A stretch of 64,000 nt of DNA from Mobula hypostoma. Its lineage: Eukaryota. Shown here in pieces: positions 36,121 through 49,799 of this stretch. Positions within the stretch are counted from its first letter, which is position 1. Every line of letters begins with the position of its first letter. Made by a program: the position numbers and the translations under genes. The notes beneath the pieces are model-generated. The model was given only the letters and a program-made list of their open reading frames with translations, was not told the DNA's origin and searched no databases. Location: the NCBI RefSeq assembly GCF_963921235.1, contig NC_086097.1, positions 30,382,001 to 30,446,000 on the forward strand, given 5' to 3'.

Positions 36121-37430
36121 ATGTCAAAGTTTGTTCGGGTGCAATGAAAAACCTGTTTGCAGGAGCATCGCAGAAACATAGCATTTGATAAGCAGCATTC
36201 GCAAGATATAAATATCAATTCAAAACAAATTTTACAAGGAAGGACATAATTAGAATGTTTCAAAAGTCCATTTTAGTGCAAAGTGATCAGAAGGTTGCTA
36301 CACTGTAATGATTAATCATCAGAGACAAGTGAGAGAATTATGAGGGAATTCGAGTGCACTGTGGTGAAAATATCAGGGAACAATGGAAAAAGGAATGTGT
36401 TGCAGGACAATGCCAGGAAGAATTTGTGATGGGGAATATAATGGTGAGGGAATTAAACAAGTACTTGTGGAGATACAAGAGACGGCAGACACTGGAATCT
36501 GCAGCAACAAGCAAACTGCAGGAAGATCTCAGCAAGTCAAGCAGCACGCGTGGGAGCAGGAGGAAATCCCTCTGTCCTCGCACAAGACAGCTGAAGCCCC
36601 TGGATCGGCATGCCTAAAAGTTGGAGGCCAGATTGTGCGTTGGGAAGTCAGAGGCCTGAATTCTGCAAGGCTGGGCTAGGGACTGGAAGTTGAAGGCCTG
36701 GAGGCAGCCTGCCCTGGGGTTGGAGAACTGTCTGTGTGTCAGAGTGGCTGGGAAGGAGGAAAAGGGGCTTGTTTTGGGGTCTTTATTTTCATTGCTGTTG
36801 TTTTTATTGCTTGCGTTGCTGTGCTGAACATTGTGGGCATATTTTGATGTACACGGTGATAAATAAGTGAATCTGAACCTGAAACACTTGGAGTGAAGCT
36901 TCAACCTAAAACTGTTCCTTTCTCTCCACAGATGCTGTTTGATCCGTTGAGTTCCTACAGGAGATAGCTCGTTACTAACGAATACTTCTGTGCTGTCCTT
37001 GGAAGTACTTTCCCTAAACAGAGGAGGGTGAGGAGCCCGTTGGTAACACAGGGGTAAATGAAATGGACAGTAACGGTCTTATTTAAAGATCCAGGACGGT
37101 AACAGGCCCTTCTGGCCTAATGGGCCCATGCTGCCCACTTACACCCATGTGACTAATTAACATGTTACTAGGGAGACCCGCGCAGTCATGGGGAGAACAT
37201 ACAAACTCCTTACAGACAGCAGCAGGATTTGAACCCTGGCTGCTGGCACTGAGATAGTGCCACCTGAACTGTTGTGCCACCCCAAAGAGGGTAGACGCTG
37301 AAGATGGGAGGGCGGAGGTTTAGAGGGGATTGGAGGGGGGGTTGGAATCTGCAATGCACTGCCTGAAGGGGTGAGGGAGGGAGAGACTCTCACCACTTTC
37401 TAGAAACAGTACCTAAATCACCAAGATAGC

Positions 37431-37992
37431 GTATCTGCTAAATAGGGGCCATGGACAATTCTGATTTGATGGAGAATGGACGTGAAAGCACAGAGGAACA
37501 TCTGGAGAAATTTCTGAAACGCCCGTTCGCTGCTGTCATTACTGCGCGGTCCGGAATCTTTTGGAGGGTAGGCCTCAAAATCCCTGGTCTTGCCTGCTTT
37601 TGGTGACCGAGAAGGAGGTCGAATCATTCGGACAGAGATGGCGCTCAGTACTCGGTGTTGGAGAGCTGATCAGAGCTCGAAGTTTTCGGATGACTCAGAG
37701 TCGGACTGTGGTCGGCATGGCAGGGAGAGTCTTTCTTCCTTCTCCCATCTGCGTGAGATGTGGGACATTTGAGAGACTTTGAACTTTTACTGTGCTCACG
37801 GACTTCTTCATCAAGTTATGGTATTGTGCACTGTTGTAACTATATGTTACAATTATGTGGTTTTGTCAGTTTTTTCAGTCTTGGTTTGTCCTGTATTTTG
37901 TGATATCACACCAGAGGAAATAATGTATCATTTCTTAACGCATGCATTACTAAATGACAATAAAAGAGGACTACGTGTCTTCATAATCATAA
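37431..37992 (+). mobile_element. Unclassified retroposon 3' region with (TCATAA)n tail
   Basis: CpG-retaining non-coding block ending ATGACAATAAAAG...TCATAATCATAA, interrupting a CR1 remnant. Confidence 0.45.
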
Positions 37993-38159
37993 GGTATGGC
38001 AGGGTCATAGAACATTGAACTTAGAACTACCTCATGGCTCTTGAACTCCATTCCCTGAACACAGACCTGATGGGACACTGATGACCGCTCGCCCCACTGA
38101 ACTCACCCCTGGGTTAATTGGCTGAGCTGATCCTTTGGGCAAGAAAGTGGAAAGGTTTG

Positions 38160-38630
38160 AGGACACAGACTCTTACAAATTTCTACAGATATAGGGTGGG
38201 GAGCATTCTGACTGGGTGCATCACCACTTAGTATAGGGGCTGCGGTGCACACAGCACTGGGAAAAGCTGTAGAGTTAGCCTCCTCCATCCCTTCAGCACA
38301 ACCCTCACCACCATTGAGGACATCTTCAAGAAGCAGTGTCCATTACTAAGGACCCTCACCATTGGGACATGCCTTCTCCTCATTACTATCATCGGAGTGC
38401 ACAGTAATGAAGACATTGAAGACCCACACTCAATGTCCTAGGAACAACTTCTTCCCCTCCCCCCAACAGATTTCTGAACGGCCCATGAATCCACAAACAC
38501 TCCTCGTTATTTATTTCATTTCACTACTGAGTTAATTTTGTAATTTATAATAATTTAACTTCTTTACACTGTACTGTTGCGGCAAAACGACAAATTTCAC
38601 GTCATATAAGTCAGTGATAATAAACCAGAT
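38160..38630 (+). mobile_element. Rex1/Babar LINE 3' fragment
   Basis: CCACCATTGAGGACATCTTC...AACTTCTTCCCCTCC plus a 3'UTR ending ATAATAAACCAGATTCTG. Confidence 0.7.
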
Positions 38631-39095
38631 TCTGTAGTCACAGGGCTAATCAATGCTGCAGGACGCAGAACACTACAATCCTGTCTCAGAGATCAGTTTT
38701 CACAATCTATTATTCAACTCTTTTATTGGTCTCTTCCTCTCCTGATGTCCCAGGGTAACCTCCACCACCCCCGCCCTGAGTTGTACCCATTCCTCCAACC
38801 CCAATCCCACCCTGTGCTGACACCACTACCTAGCCCAGCTAGGGTCCATGAACAACAGGAGCCTGCATTTATATAGCACCTCCTGCACAGTCCTACCTCC
38901 TACATGCTTCACAGGAGCCCAGTCATGTTTGGCTGCAGGTGAAGGTCCCCAAGAGGAGGGAAGTGAGGAGCAGTTTTAAGAGGCAATGTGAGTGGGAGTG
39001 GAAGGGGAAAAGGTTTGGCAAAGACGTGTTACACATCTGTACAACCTTTTACATCCCTTCCAGGGACCTGCACATGGAAAGGTGCAGAATTTCAT

Positions 39096-39404
39096 CCCTC
39101 ACATACACGCACATTCACACAGAGCACACAGTCTTACATAACACACACACACACAGAAACACACACACCCGTGCATCCTCACCCTCCCATACATTCCCTC
39201 ACATACACGCACATTCACACAGAGCACACAGTCTTACATAACACACACACACACACACACCCGTGCATCCTCACCCTCCCATACATTCCCTCACATACAC
39301 ACACATTCACACAGAGCACACAGTCTTACATAACACACACACACACACAGAAACACACACACCCGTGCATCCTCACCCTCCCATACATTCCCTTACATAC
39401 ACGC
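39096..39404. repeat. Minisatellite, ~3.1 copies of a 92-102 bp CA-rich unit
   Basis: Units start at 39096, 39196, 39288 and 39390 (CCCTCACATACAC...); length differences fall in the internal (CA)n/GAAA segment. Confidence 0.92.
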
Positions 39405-39414
39405 TCTCCCTCTG

Positions 39415-42085
39415 TCATTCCACTTACCAAAATGAATGACTATACACTTCCCGGCACTGTATTCCATCTGCCGCATCTTTACCCATTGTCCTAACCCGTC
39501 TGAATCCTCCTGCAGACTCCCTGTCTCCTCAACATTACCTGCCCCTCCACTTATCTTCACATTGTTCGCAAACTTGGCCACAAACCCATCAATTCCGTCA
39601 TCCAAATCACTGACAAGCAACGTAGAAAGAAACAGTCCCAACGTTGACCCCTGTGGAACACCATTTTCACTGCAGCCGATCTGAAAAGCCTCTCTTTATT
39701 CCCACTCTTTGCTGCCTGCCAATCAGCCAATGCTCTATCCATGTTAGAATCTTTCCTTTAATACCAAAGGCTCTTACTTTGCTATGCATCCTCATCTGTG
39801 GCACCTTGTCAAGGGCCTTCTGAAATCCAAATATACAATATCCACCAATTTTCCTTTGTCTATCCTGCTTGTTATTTCCTCAAGTAATTCCAACAGATTT
39901 GTCAGACAAGATTTTCCCTTGAGGAAACCATGCTGACTTCGATCTATTTTCCCTTGTGCCTCCATGTACCCTGAGACCTCATCCTTAACAATCAACAACA
40001 TCTTCCCGACCAGTGAGTTCAGGCTAACTGGCCTATAATTTCCTTTCCTCTGCCTGTCTCCTTTCTCGAAGAGTGGAGTGACCTCTGGAACCTTGCCAGA
40101 ATCTAGTGATTAATGAATGATCATTACTAGTGCCTCCAAAATCTCTTCAGCTACCTCTTTCCGAACCCTGGGGTTTAGTCCATCCGGTCCAGGTTTCCCA
40201 AGCATCTTCTCCCTAGTAACAGCAGCTTCACTCACTTCTACCCTCAACACTCCAACTTCCTGCATACTGCTAGTGCAGTGAAGACTGATTCAAAATATTT
40301 ATTGAGTTCATCTGTCATTCCCTTGTCCACCATTACTACCTCTCCAGTGCCATTTTCTAGTGGTCTGATATTTACTCTCACCTTTCTTTTACTCTTTAAA
40401 TATCTGGAAAAAGAACTTTTGTTATCCTCTTTAATATTATTGGCTGGCTTGCCTTCATATTTCATCTTTTCTCTCCTTATTGCTCTTTTGTTACTTTTGT
40501 TGGTTTTTAAAAGTTTCATTTTCCTCTAACTTCCCACTAATTGTTTGCTCTATTATATGCTCTCTCTTTTGCTTTTATGTTGGCTTTGACTTCCCTTATC
40601 AGCCACAGTTGCATTGTCCTGCATTTAGAATACTTCTTCTTTGAGATGTATTTATCCTGCATCTTCCAAATTGCTCTCAGAAACTCCAGCCACTGGTGCT
40701 CTGCCATCATCCCTGCTAGTGTTCCCTTCCAATCAGCTTTGGCCTGCTCCTCTCTCGTGCCTCTGTAATTCCCTTTACTCCACTGTAATGCTGATACATC
40801 TGACTTTAGCTTCTCCCTGTCAAACTGCGGGGTGAATTCTATGATATTTTGATCACTGCCTCCTAAGGGTTCCTTTAGCTTTAGATACTTAATCTGATCC
40901 GATTCATTACACAACACCCAGTCCAGTGGATTCAACCAGGAATTGCTCTAACAAGCCATCTCGCAGGCATTCTACAAATTCTCTCTCAGGATCCAAAATC
41001 AGCACTGGCCTGATTTTCCCAATCTACCTGCATATTGAAATCCCCATGACTGTCAAAAGATTGCCCTTTTGACGTGTAGTATTTTCCTCCTTCTGTAATT
41101 TGTTGCCCAAATTCTGGCTACCGTTCAGAGGTCCGTATATAACTCCCATCAGGGTCTTTTTTTCCTTGCAATTCATTAGCTTTACCCACAAAACCTTCTG
41201 ATCTTATATCACCTATATCTAAGAATTTGATTTCATTTTTTACCAACAGAGCCATTCGCCCCTCTGCCTACCTGCCTGTCCTTTCAATACGAAGTGTATC
41301 ATTAGATGTTAAGCTCCCAACTTTAATCTTCTTTCAGCCATGACTCAATGTCATATCTTCCAATATCTGGGTTACAAGATCATCTACCTTATTCCGTAAA
41401 CTGTCTATATTCAAATATAACACTTTCAGTCCTGTATTCGTCACCCCTTTTGATTTTGTATCCGTTACTCTGCAACTCATCCCATCGACTGCAATTTTGC
41501 TCTATCATCTTCCTGTCTTTCTTGACAGTCTCACTTCAGACTACCTCTGCCTCTATACCAACTGCCCCATCCTCAGCCCTATCATTCAGTTTCCATCCTC
41601 CTTCCAAATTGGTTCAAACCCTCCTCACCAGTGGTAGCAAACTGCTCAATATCGCTGAGAGGAATATTGGTCCCCCTTGGATTCAGGTGTAACCCATCTA
41701 ATGAAATTCCACCCCTCCCATTCTTCTAAGCTCCAGTGAGTATTGGCCCAGAGCCATCAAACACTCCTCATATGTTAACTCTTTCATTCCTGGAATAATT
41801 CTCATGATCCTCCTCTAGACTTTCTGCAATGCCATCACTTTTTCTTAGATAAGGGGCCTCAAACTACTTATAATACTCTGTGCATTCTGACCAGTGCCCT
41901 ATAAAGCCTGAGCATCACATCCTTGCCTATATTCTAGTCCTCTCAAAATGAATGCTAACATTGCATTTGCCTTCCTTTGCACTGACTCAACCTGCAAGTT
42001 ACCTTTTAAGGAATCCTGCACAAGGACTCCCAAGTCCCTTTGCAACTTTGATTTTTGAATTTTCTCCCCATTTAGAAAATGAATC
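39415..42085 (-). mobile_element. Long degenerate CR1 (endonuclease-to-RT region) plus an adjacent CR1 3' fragment
   Basis: LDWVLCNE..EPLGGSD, QHGFLKGKSCLTNLLE and FVAKFA motifs across ORFs 39393-40935. Confidence 0.88.
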
Positions 42086-42102
42086 TCTCAAGGGGATAAG
42101 TA

Positions 42103-42428
42103 AAGTAAAGTAAAGGCATCCGTTAGTCTTGCGAGACCATGGATCTGCGCCTGGAAAGTCTTCACTCTCCAGAGCGCAGGCCTGGGCAAGGTTGTATGGA
42201 AGACCAGCAGTTGCCCATGCTGCATGTCTCCCATCTCCCGTCTCCACGACACCAATGTTGTCCAAGGGAAGGGCATTAGGACCCATACAGCTTGGCACCA
42301 GTGTCGTCACAGAGCAATGTGTGATTAAGTGTCTTGTCCAAGGACACAACACGCTGCCTCAGCTGGGGCTCGAACTCACGACCTTCAGGTCACTAGTCCA
42401 GTGCCTTAACCACTTGGCCACGTGTCAA
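42103..42428 (-). mobile_element. Complete tRNA-head SINE with RTE-type 3' half
   Basis: A box TGGCCAAGTGG (42410-42420), B box GTTCGAGCC (42367-42375), (CTTTA)n tail, 14-bp TSD CAAGGGGATAAGTA (42089-42102, 42429-42442). Confidence 0.9.
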
Positions 42429-43669
42429 CAAGGGGATAAGTATATGGTAATATATTCATACTTCCATAATAAATTTACTGTGAACTTTAATTTGTAGAAG
42501 TTTGTGTGGTCAATTACTAGAGGATGTACATTTAAGGTGGGTGGGGGAAAAGAGAGAATAATCAAAGGAGATGGGTGGATCAAGTTCTTTTTACACAGAG
42601 AGTGTGGATGCCTGGAACAGGCTATCAGGAGTGGTGGCCAAGGTAGATATACTGTACCAGCATTAAAGAGAGTTAGGGATATCGATATGCACACCATTGA
42701 GAGATATGGATCATGTGCAGGCAGAAGGGATGAGCTCAATTTAACACAACATTGTGGGTCGAAGGGTCTTCCCCTGTACTCTACTGTTCTTTGTTGACTA
42801 AGTAGTTCGTAGATTACTTGGGAACCTGAGATCCAAATATGGACATAGCAGCAACACACACAAAATGCTGGAGGAAGTCGGCAGGTCAGACAGCATCTAT
42901 GGAAATGAATAAACAATCAACATTTCAGGCTGCGACTCTTCATTAGGACACTCACAGGACAGAGGGAAAGATTCACAAAAAGATTTTTTTTAAGATTAGC
43001 TTTATTTGTCACATGTACATTGAAACATACATTGAAATGTTTTGTTTACGTCAATGACCAACGTAGCCAGAGGATGAGCCCACAGGCAGCCACAAGCGTC
43101 ACCATGCTTCCAACGCCAACATAGCATGTCCACAACTCATTAACGCTTACATCTCTGGAATGTGGGAGGAAACTGGAGCACCCAGAGGAAGACCACACAG
43201 TGAAGGGGAGAATGTACAAGCTCCTGACAGACGGTGGCTGGAATTGAACCCCAATCACTGATGCTGTAAAGCGCTACACTACCATGTCACATACAGCTGG
43301 TTTGGTCACAAGGGGAGCATGCTCCTCTCAACTTGCCGTGTATTCACGGCCCAAGAAACCCAGCAGCAAGAGAACTCAGCATGGAGCCAGGAACGGCAAA
43401 CTCCAGCATTGATTGACAAGGCGAGGTGCAGATAGTTTACAGGAACCAGCGTTATCTGACAGAGCAGCAAAGGAAAACATGTTATCAGAGATGATAACAT
43501 CTCTGAGCGAAACCACTATCTCTGCTTACGAGGAATGTGCTCAGAGCCTCAAACATCATCACAAGGCAGGCATTGCTCAGCTGCCTTCAATACCTGTCAC
43601 TGGCACAGCAGCTCAATGCTAGTGCAACTAAAAGTTCAAATTCAAAGGAAATTTATTATTAAATATATA

Positions 43670-44211
43670 CATTCAGTGGCCACTTTATTAGGTACACCTG
43701 TACACTTACTCGTTAATGAAAATATCTCATCAGTGAATCACATGGCAGCAACTTAAGGCACAAAAACATGTAAACAAGAGTTTCAGTTGTTGTTCAGGTT
43801 AAACATCAGAATGGGGAAGAAATATGAACCAAGTGATTTTGACAGTGCAATGATTGTTGATGCCAGACGGGGTGGTTTGACTGTCTCAGAAACTGCTGGT
43901 CTCCTGGGATTTTCACACACAACAGTCTCTGGAGTTCACAGAGAATGGTGCAAAAACAAACAACAAAAAAAAAATCCAGTGAGTGGCAATTCTGTGGGTT
44001 AAAATGGCTTGTTAATGAGAGAGGTCAGAGGAGAATGGCCAGACTGGTTCAAGCTGACAGGAAGACAATAGTAACTCAAATAACCACGTGTTACAGAATT
44101 GATATGCAGAAGAGCTTCTCTGAATGCAAAATATGGTGAACCTTGAAGTGAATGGGCTACAGCAGCAGAAGACCACGAACAGGGGGTATCTAATAAAGTG
44201 CCTATTGAGTG
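43670..44211 (+). mobile_element. Internally deleted Tc1/mariner element
   Basis: TIRs CATTCAGTGGCCACTTTATTAGGTACACC and GGGGTATCTAATAAAGTGCCTATTGAGTG, TA on the left. N-terminal HTH MGKK..SDFD..MIV.ARRGGL.VSETAGLLGFSHTTVS. Confidence 0.88.
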
Positions 44212-44214
44212 CAT

Positions 44215-44830
44215 GTTACCATACACTACCTTGCGATTCTTTTTGCAAGCATTTACAGCAAAATAAATACAAAAAAATTTATGAAGAAATATACACAAAG
44301 ACTGCCAAACAATGAATGTGCAAAAGTAAACAAATTGTGCAACTAAAAACACTGAGAACATGAGTTGTAAAGAGTCCTTGAACGTGAGTCTGTAGGTTGT
44401 AGCCTGATGGCAGGTTGTACCTTCTGATCTACACAGTTCAGGAGCCTGATGGTTGTAGGGTAATAATGATTCCTGAATGTGATGGTGTGGGACCTAAGGT
44501 TCCTATATGTCCTGACCCAAGGTAATAGCAAAAAAAAAACCATGACTTGGTTGATGGGGGTACTTGATGATGGATTCTGCTTTCCTGTGGCAGTGTTCCA
44601 TGCCAACGTGCTCAATTCTAGTGAGGGCTTTTCCTGTGATGGACTGGGCTATCATCATCATTACAACTCATGTTCTCGGTGTCTACTTTCTGTTGACTTT
44701 TCTGCTCCTGGGCATTGGTGTTTCCAAACCAGGCTGTAATGCAACCAGTCAGGACACTCTCCACTCAGCATCTATCAGTGTTGAAGTTTTAGTTATATGC
44801 CAAATCTACGTACACTTCTAAGAACGCAGA
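44215..44830 (-). mobile_element. Rex1/Babar LINE 3' fragment (host of the Tc1 element)
   Basis: LLPWVRTYRNLRSHTITFRNHYYPTTIRLLN. Confidence 0.75.
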
Positions 44831-45429
44831 GATGATAGTTTACAAAACACAAGAGTATTCCAATTGTGGAGCTCCAATTTGTTGCTCCTGTACAACTCTA
44901 GCAGTCCCCATGTGTTCACTCCTCTGTAGTACAATATCTAATTCTTGATGGTCTAGTTGTAAGGATCCCTGCCTGTCGATCGGGAGACCAGGATACAATT
45001 CCCCACTGGGGAGGATATTTTTAGGGTGGCATGGTTGTGTGATGTTTTACGGTGTTAATAGTAAGATCAGGGTTCAATTCCTGCCAGTGTCTGTAAGGAG
45101 TTCGTATGTTCTCTCCGTGACTGTGTGGGTTTCCCCTGGGTGCTCCAGTTTCCTCCCACATTCCAAAGCCGTACAGGTTAGTAAGTTGTGAGCACAATAC
45201 GTTGGCACCAGAAGCCTTTCTGCACTTGCAGTCTCGTCCTCAGACTGTGTTGGTAGTTGACACAAACAAGGTGTTTGACTGCCTGTTTCAATGTACATGT
45301 GACATTTTTATTTCCATCGCCAGCATGCCTTTTAATGAAGCTCCCCAGTCAATGGTAGTCAACAAACCAGTCATATGTTTAATTTTCTTTGGATTTAGGA
45401 CCCTGCTTTTGATTTCAACCATATAATCA

Positions 45430-45850
45430 GGAGATTCTGCAGATGCTGGAAATCTTGAACAAAACAGAAACTTCTAGAGGAACTCAGCAAGTCAGGCAGC
45501 AGCCTGACAACCAGGCAGAAGCCAAAATAAGGAGGTGAGGGGAGGGGAGGGGAGGAGAGAAAAGCTGGCAGGTGATATTTTGAGACCAATTGAGGGGAAG
45601 GGTGGGGGAGGGGTTGAAGCAAAGAGCTGGGAGGTGATAGGCAGAAGAAGAGCTGAAGGAGGAGGAATCTGATAGAGAATGGACTATGGGAGAAGGGGAA
45701 GGAGAACCACAATTGGGAATAGAAAATGAGGGGGGGGGGAGAAATTCACATTCATCAACCTTCCCCCTCACTTGGTCTTTCCAAGTTTGTACTCCTTCCA
45801 CTATCCCCACCTTCTTATTCTGGCTTCTGTCTGTCTTTTCCAGTCCATCA
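45430..45850. mobile_element. Old Penelope pLTR remnants in inverted arrangement
   Basis: TCTGCAGATGCTGGAAATC...GGAACTCAGC and purine-rich pLTR on the minus strand, then a pyrimidine-rich plus-strand copy. Confidence 0.6.
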
Positions 45851-45859
45851 ACTGTTTAG

Positions 45860-47580
45860 AGCAATATAGCACAGAAACAGGCCTTTCAACCCAACTAGTC
45901 CTTGCTGAACTATTAGTCTCTGTGGACCTGCAACTGGACCATAGCCTTCCCATCCATGTACATTCAACATTCTCTTAAATGTTGAAATCAAACCCGCATC
46001 CACCATTTCTGCTGGTAGCTTGCTCCCTCTGAGTGAAGTCCCTTCCCCATGTTCCCTTTAAACATTTCACTCTTGACCTATGACCTCTCATTCTAGTCTC
46101 ACCCAACCTCACTGGAAAAAGCCTGTTTGCATTTACCCTATCTATACTCTTCATAATTTTATATATCTCTACCAAGTATCCCCTCATTCTCCTACGCTCC
46201 ACAGAATAAAGTCCTAACCTATTCCACCTTCCCCTAAAACTCAGGTCATCAAGTCCGGGAAACATAGTTGTAAATTTTCTCTGTACTCTTTCAATCTTAT
46301 TTACATCTTTCCTGTAGGCAGGTGACCAGAAATACACACAATACTCCAAATCACCAATATCTTATATAACATAACAACCCAACTCCTGTACTCAATACTT
46401 TTGATTTATGAAGGCCAATGTGCCAAAAGCTCTTAAGACCTTATCTACTTGTGTGACTACTTTTAACAAATTATGGACCTATATTCCCAGATCCCTTTGT
46501 TCTACTGTGCTCCTCCATGTCCTGCCACTCAGCATGCAAGTCCTACCCTGGTTTGTCCTCCCAAAGTGCAAGAGCACTTGTCTGCATTAAATTCCATCTG
46601 TCATTTTTCAAGCTGGTCCATATCCTGCTGCACACTTTGATAGCCTTCCTCACTGTCCACTAAACCCAAAAATCTTGGTGTCATCTGAAAATTTGCTGGA
46701 CAGTTTTTCCACATTAACACCCAGCTGACCAACAACAACATACTCAGCATCAATCCCTGTGGCACACTAGTCACAGACTTCTAGTAAGAGAGGGAACCAT
46801 TTACTACCACTCTCTGGCTTCACCCACAAAGCCAATATTTAATCCAATTTACTACCTCACATTGAATGCCAAGTGACCGAACCTCTTGACCAACTTCCCA
46901 TGCAGGACTTTGTCAAAGGCCTTGCTGAAGTCCATGTAGACAACATCCTCTGCCTTGCCTTCATCAACTTTCCTGGTAACTTCCGTGAAAAACTCTAAGT
47001 TGGTATGACATGCCTTCCATGCACAAAGCCATATTAACTATCCCTAATCAATCAGTTTATCCAAATAATCATACATATATCTGGTCCCTTAGAATACCTT
47101 CCAATAACTTACCCACTACTGATGTCAGACTCACCGGCTATAATTTTCTGACTTATTCTTAGAGCCTTTCTTAAACAACAGAACATTATCAACTATCCTC
47201 CAATCCTCCGACACTTCACTCATTGCTAAGGATTTAAAAAATACCTCTACTAGGGCCCCTGCAGTTTCTGCACTAGTGTCCCACAAAGTCCAAGGGAACA
47301 ACCTGGGGACTTACCCACCCTCTTTTGTCTCAAGATGGCAAACATCTCCTCCTCTAATCTGGTCCATGACCTCACTGCTGTTTTGCATCACCTCTATAGA
47401 CTATATCCATCTCGAGTAAATTACAAATGGCAGAAATCCATTTAAGGTATCCCCCATCTCATTTCAGCTCCATACATTGATGACTATCCTGATCTTCAAG
47501 AGGACCAATTTCACCCCCTGTCTAGCTTTTGCTCTTAATATATCTGTAGAATCTCTTGGGATTCTCCTTCACCTTGTCAA
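45860..47580 (-). mobile_element. Degenerate CR1 LINE
   Basis: EYCVYFWSPAYRKDVNKIERVQRKFT; YMDFSKAFDK region at ~46900. Confidence 0.85.
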
Positions 47581-48779
47581 ATTAGTTCCCTCCATAGATG
47601 CAGCCTGACCTGCTGAGTTTTTACAGCTCTTTCTGCATGGTGGTTTGAACTGCTATTTATTGCTAGAGACATTCAATATAAAAGCAAAGAGGTAACTCTG
47701 TAAAAGGCATCACGAAGACCTCAAGAATGCATCAATTATCAGACTCTCACCATCCAGGTCATGCCAGCTTCTCGCAGCTACCATAGGGCAGGAAGTGCAG
47801 AAGCCTGATGTCCCACACCAGCAGGTTAAGCTAACAGTCACTTCACTTCAACCATTTGGTTTAATAACCCATCGGGAAACCTAATCACTAGTTTAGCAAC
47901 ACTATGACACTGTAGTATGATGGTGGTACTGTAACATAGCAATTAGAAAAATGCTTTACTGTACCAGTGATCAGAATTCAATTCCATCTCTAAGGAGTTT
48001 GTATGTTCTCCCCATGACCACATGGGTTTCTGCTGGGTGCTCCTGCATCCTCCCACATTCCAAAGACATGTGGATTAAGGTTCTAAGTTGTGGGCATGCT
48101 AGTTTAGCACTAGATGCATGGTGACACTTGTGTGCTGCTCCCAGTACATCCTTGGACTATTTTGGTCATTGATGCAAATTACACATTTCACCATATGTTT
48201 TGACTTGTATTTGACAAAGAAAGGTCATCTGTCTTTAAGCTTTGCAGTAAAATGGGAGTTCGGATAAAGCTCCTCAGCCTGCCTTTCTATAGATATTGCC
48301 TGAACTATTGAGTTCCTCTAGCACTTTGTGCGCGTTGCTCTGGATTTCCAGCATCCACAGAATCTCACTTCTATTGTTTTCTTTTGTTTTGATTGCATTC
48401 TTTCTTTTAAAAATTGTGCATGTGTACAATTTACTGTGAGTTTTTCTTGTGAATGTTGCTTATATGATGTTACCTGCCTGTGATGCTGCTGCTGCTCAAG
48501 TCAAGTCCTGACGGCTGGAGCCAGAGTTTGTGAATCCGCTGGGGAAGGGGGGCCCAGTCTCTGCCAAGTCACGAGCCTAATGGAGGCTGAATGTGATGGT
48601 CTACACTGGGGTTAGAGGGCTGTGTACATGCATGCGTGGGGTCAGCGAGGTTGGGAGGAAGGGAGGTACAGGGACTTCTGTTGTTGCTTGTCATGTTTTG
48701 TGTTGTGTTCTGCGGAGCATTGTGGGCATGCCTTGTTGGCATCAGAATGTGTGGCAACACTTGAGGGCAGCCCCCAGCA

Positions 48780-49175
48780 CATAGTACAGTACAGTACAGG
48801 CCCTTCAGCCCACAATGTTGTGCCAACCCTCAAACCCTGCCTCCCATATAAGCCCCCACCTTAAATTCCTCCATATACCTGTCTAGTAGTCTCTTAAACT
48901 TCACTAGTGTATCTGCCTTCACCACTGACTCAGGCAGTGTATTCCACGCACCAACCACTCTCTGAGTAAAAAACCTTCCTCTAATATCCCCCTTGAATTT
49001 CCCACCCCTTACCTTAAAGCCATGTCCTCTTGTATTGAGCAGTGGTGCCCTGGGGAAGAGGCGCTGGCTATCCACTCTATCTATTCCTCTTATTATCTTG
49101 TACACCTCTATTATATCTCCTCTCATCCTCCTTCTCTCCAAAGAGAGAAGCCCTAGCTCCCTTAATCTCTGATCT
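48780..49175 (-). mobile_element. Young CR1 3' fragment
   Basis: LRELGLLSLERRRMRGDIIEVYKII...FFTQRVVGAWN; (ACTGT)n tail. Confidence 0.9.
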
Positions 49176-49464
49176 CTTATGCAAGCAACACATCTCACCG
49201 CATGTTTCTATGTACAAGTGATAAATCTAAATCTGAAATCTGAACAAGTAAGCTTTTTGTGACAACTGTGCATATATGTATTTGTGTGTATGATGGTAAA
49301 CGCAACTTTGACTTCTACTGTGTTGTGTGATATACTGAGATACACATGTGTGGTGGTGGAACGCTGATGCACTCACTGCCCTGGGAGCTTACAGAGGAAC
49401 CGTAGATCTCTTAGGTTGGCATTATCCCAGTGGTTAATTCAGGATTAAATGGCAACCCTCCCCA

Positions 49465-49799
49465 AGAATCCACAAGACACACTGGGAGACGTTAATATAA
49501 AACGCTTTAATAAATAGGGTTTTTTTTTTGAAAGTTATCTCTAAGAACATATCAAACAAAATGCAGTATATGAACAGAGGACTTCTGCAAGGCAAAGCAA
49601 CATCCTTATACAAAAAAAATTACAACTTTATTCAGAGTTCTTGCAATTTTACTTTCTTTTAAAAATCAGCCAGCTTTTTTTTGTAATTTTTCATCCCTTT
49701 TATTTAAAGATCACCCTCCATCTCTCACGATGCAACTGACATTAATAAATGTGATTCAGAAGGAAAAGCCTCTTGTCCATAATTTAGACAAAATTTATT
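49465..49799 (-). terminator. Cluster of candidate polyadenylation signals for jag2
   Basis: Minus-strand AATAAA at 49794-49799, 49699-49704 and 49627-49632. ATTAAA at 49506-49511 is followed ~25 nt later by a GU-rich element (GTGTGTCTTGTGG). A proximal AATAAA also lies at 50979-50984. Confidence 0.6.

Noticed and set aside
39096..39404. CRISPR-like array
   Set aside because: Whole units repeat with no unique spacers; eukaryotic context and no cas genes.
42345..42428. tRNA gene
   Set aside because: The tRNA-like sequence is the head of a TSD-flanked SINE; no clean acceptor stem or terminator.
1..49400. Additional host-gene exons downstream of jag2
   Set aside because: Every ORF I could recognise is transposon-derived or low-complexity. 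Small exons cannot be excluded without RNA-seq.
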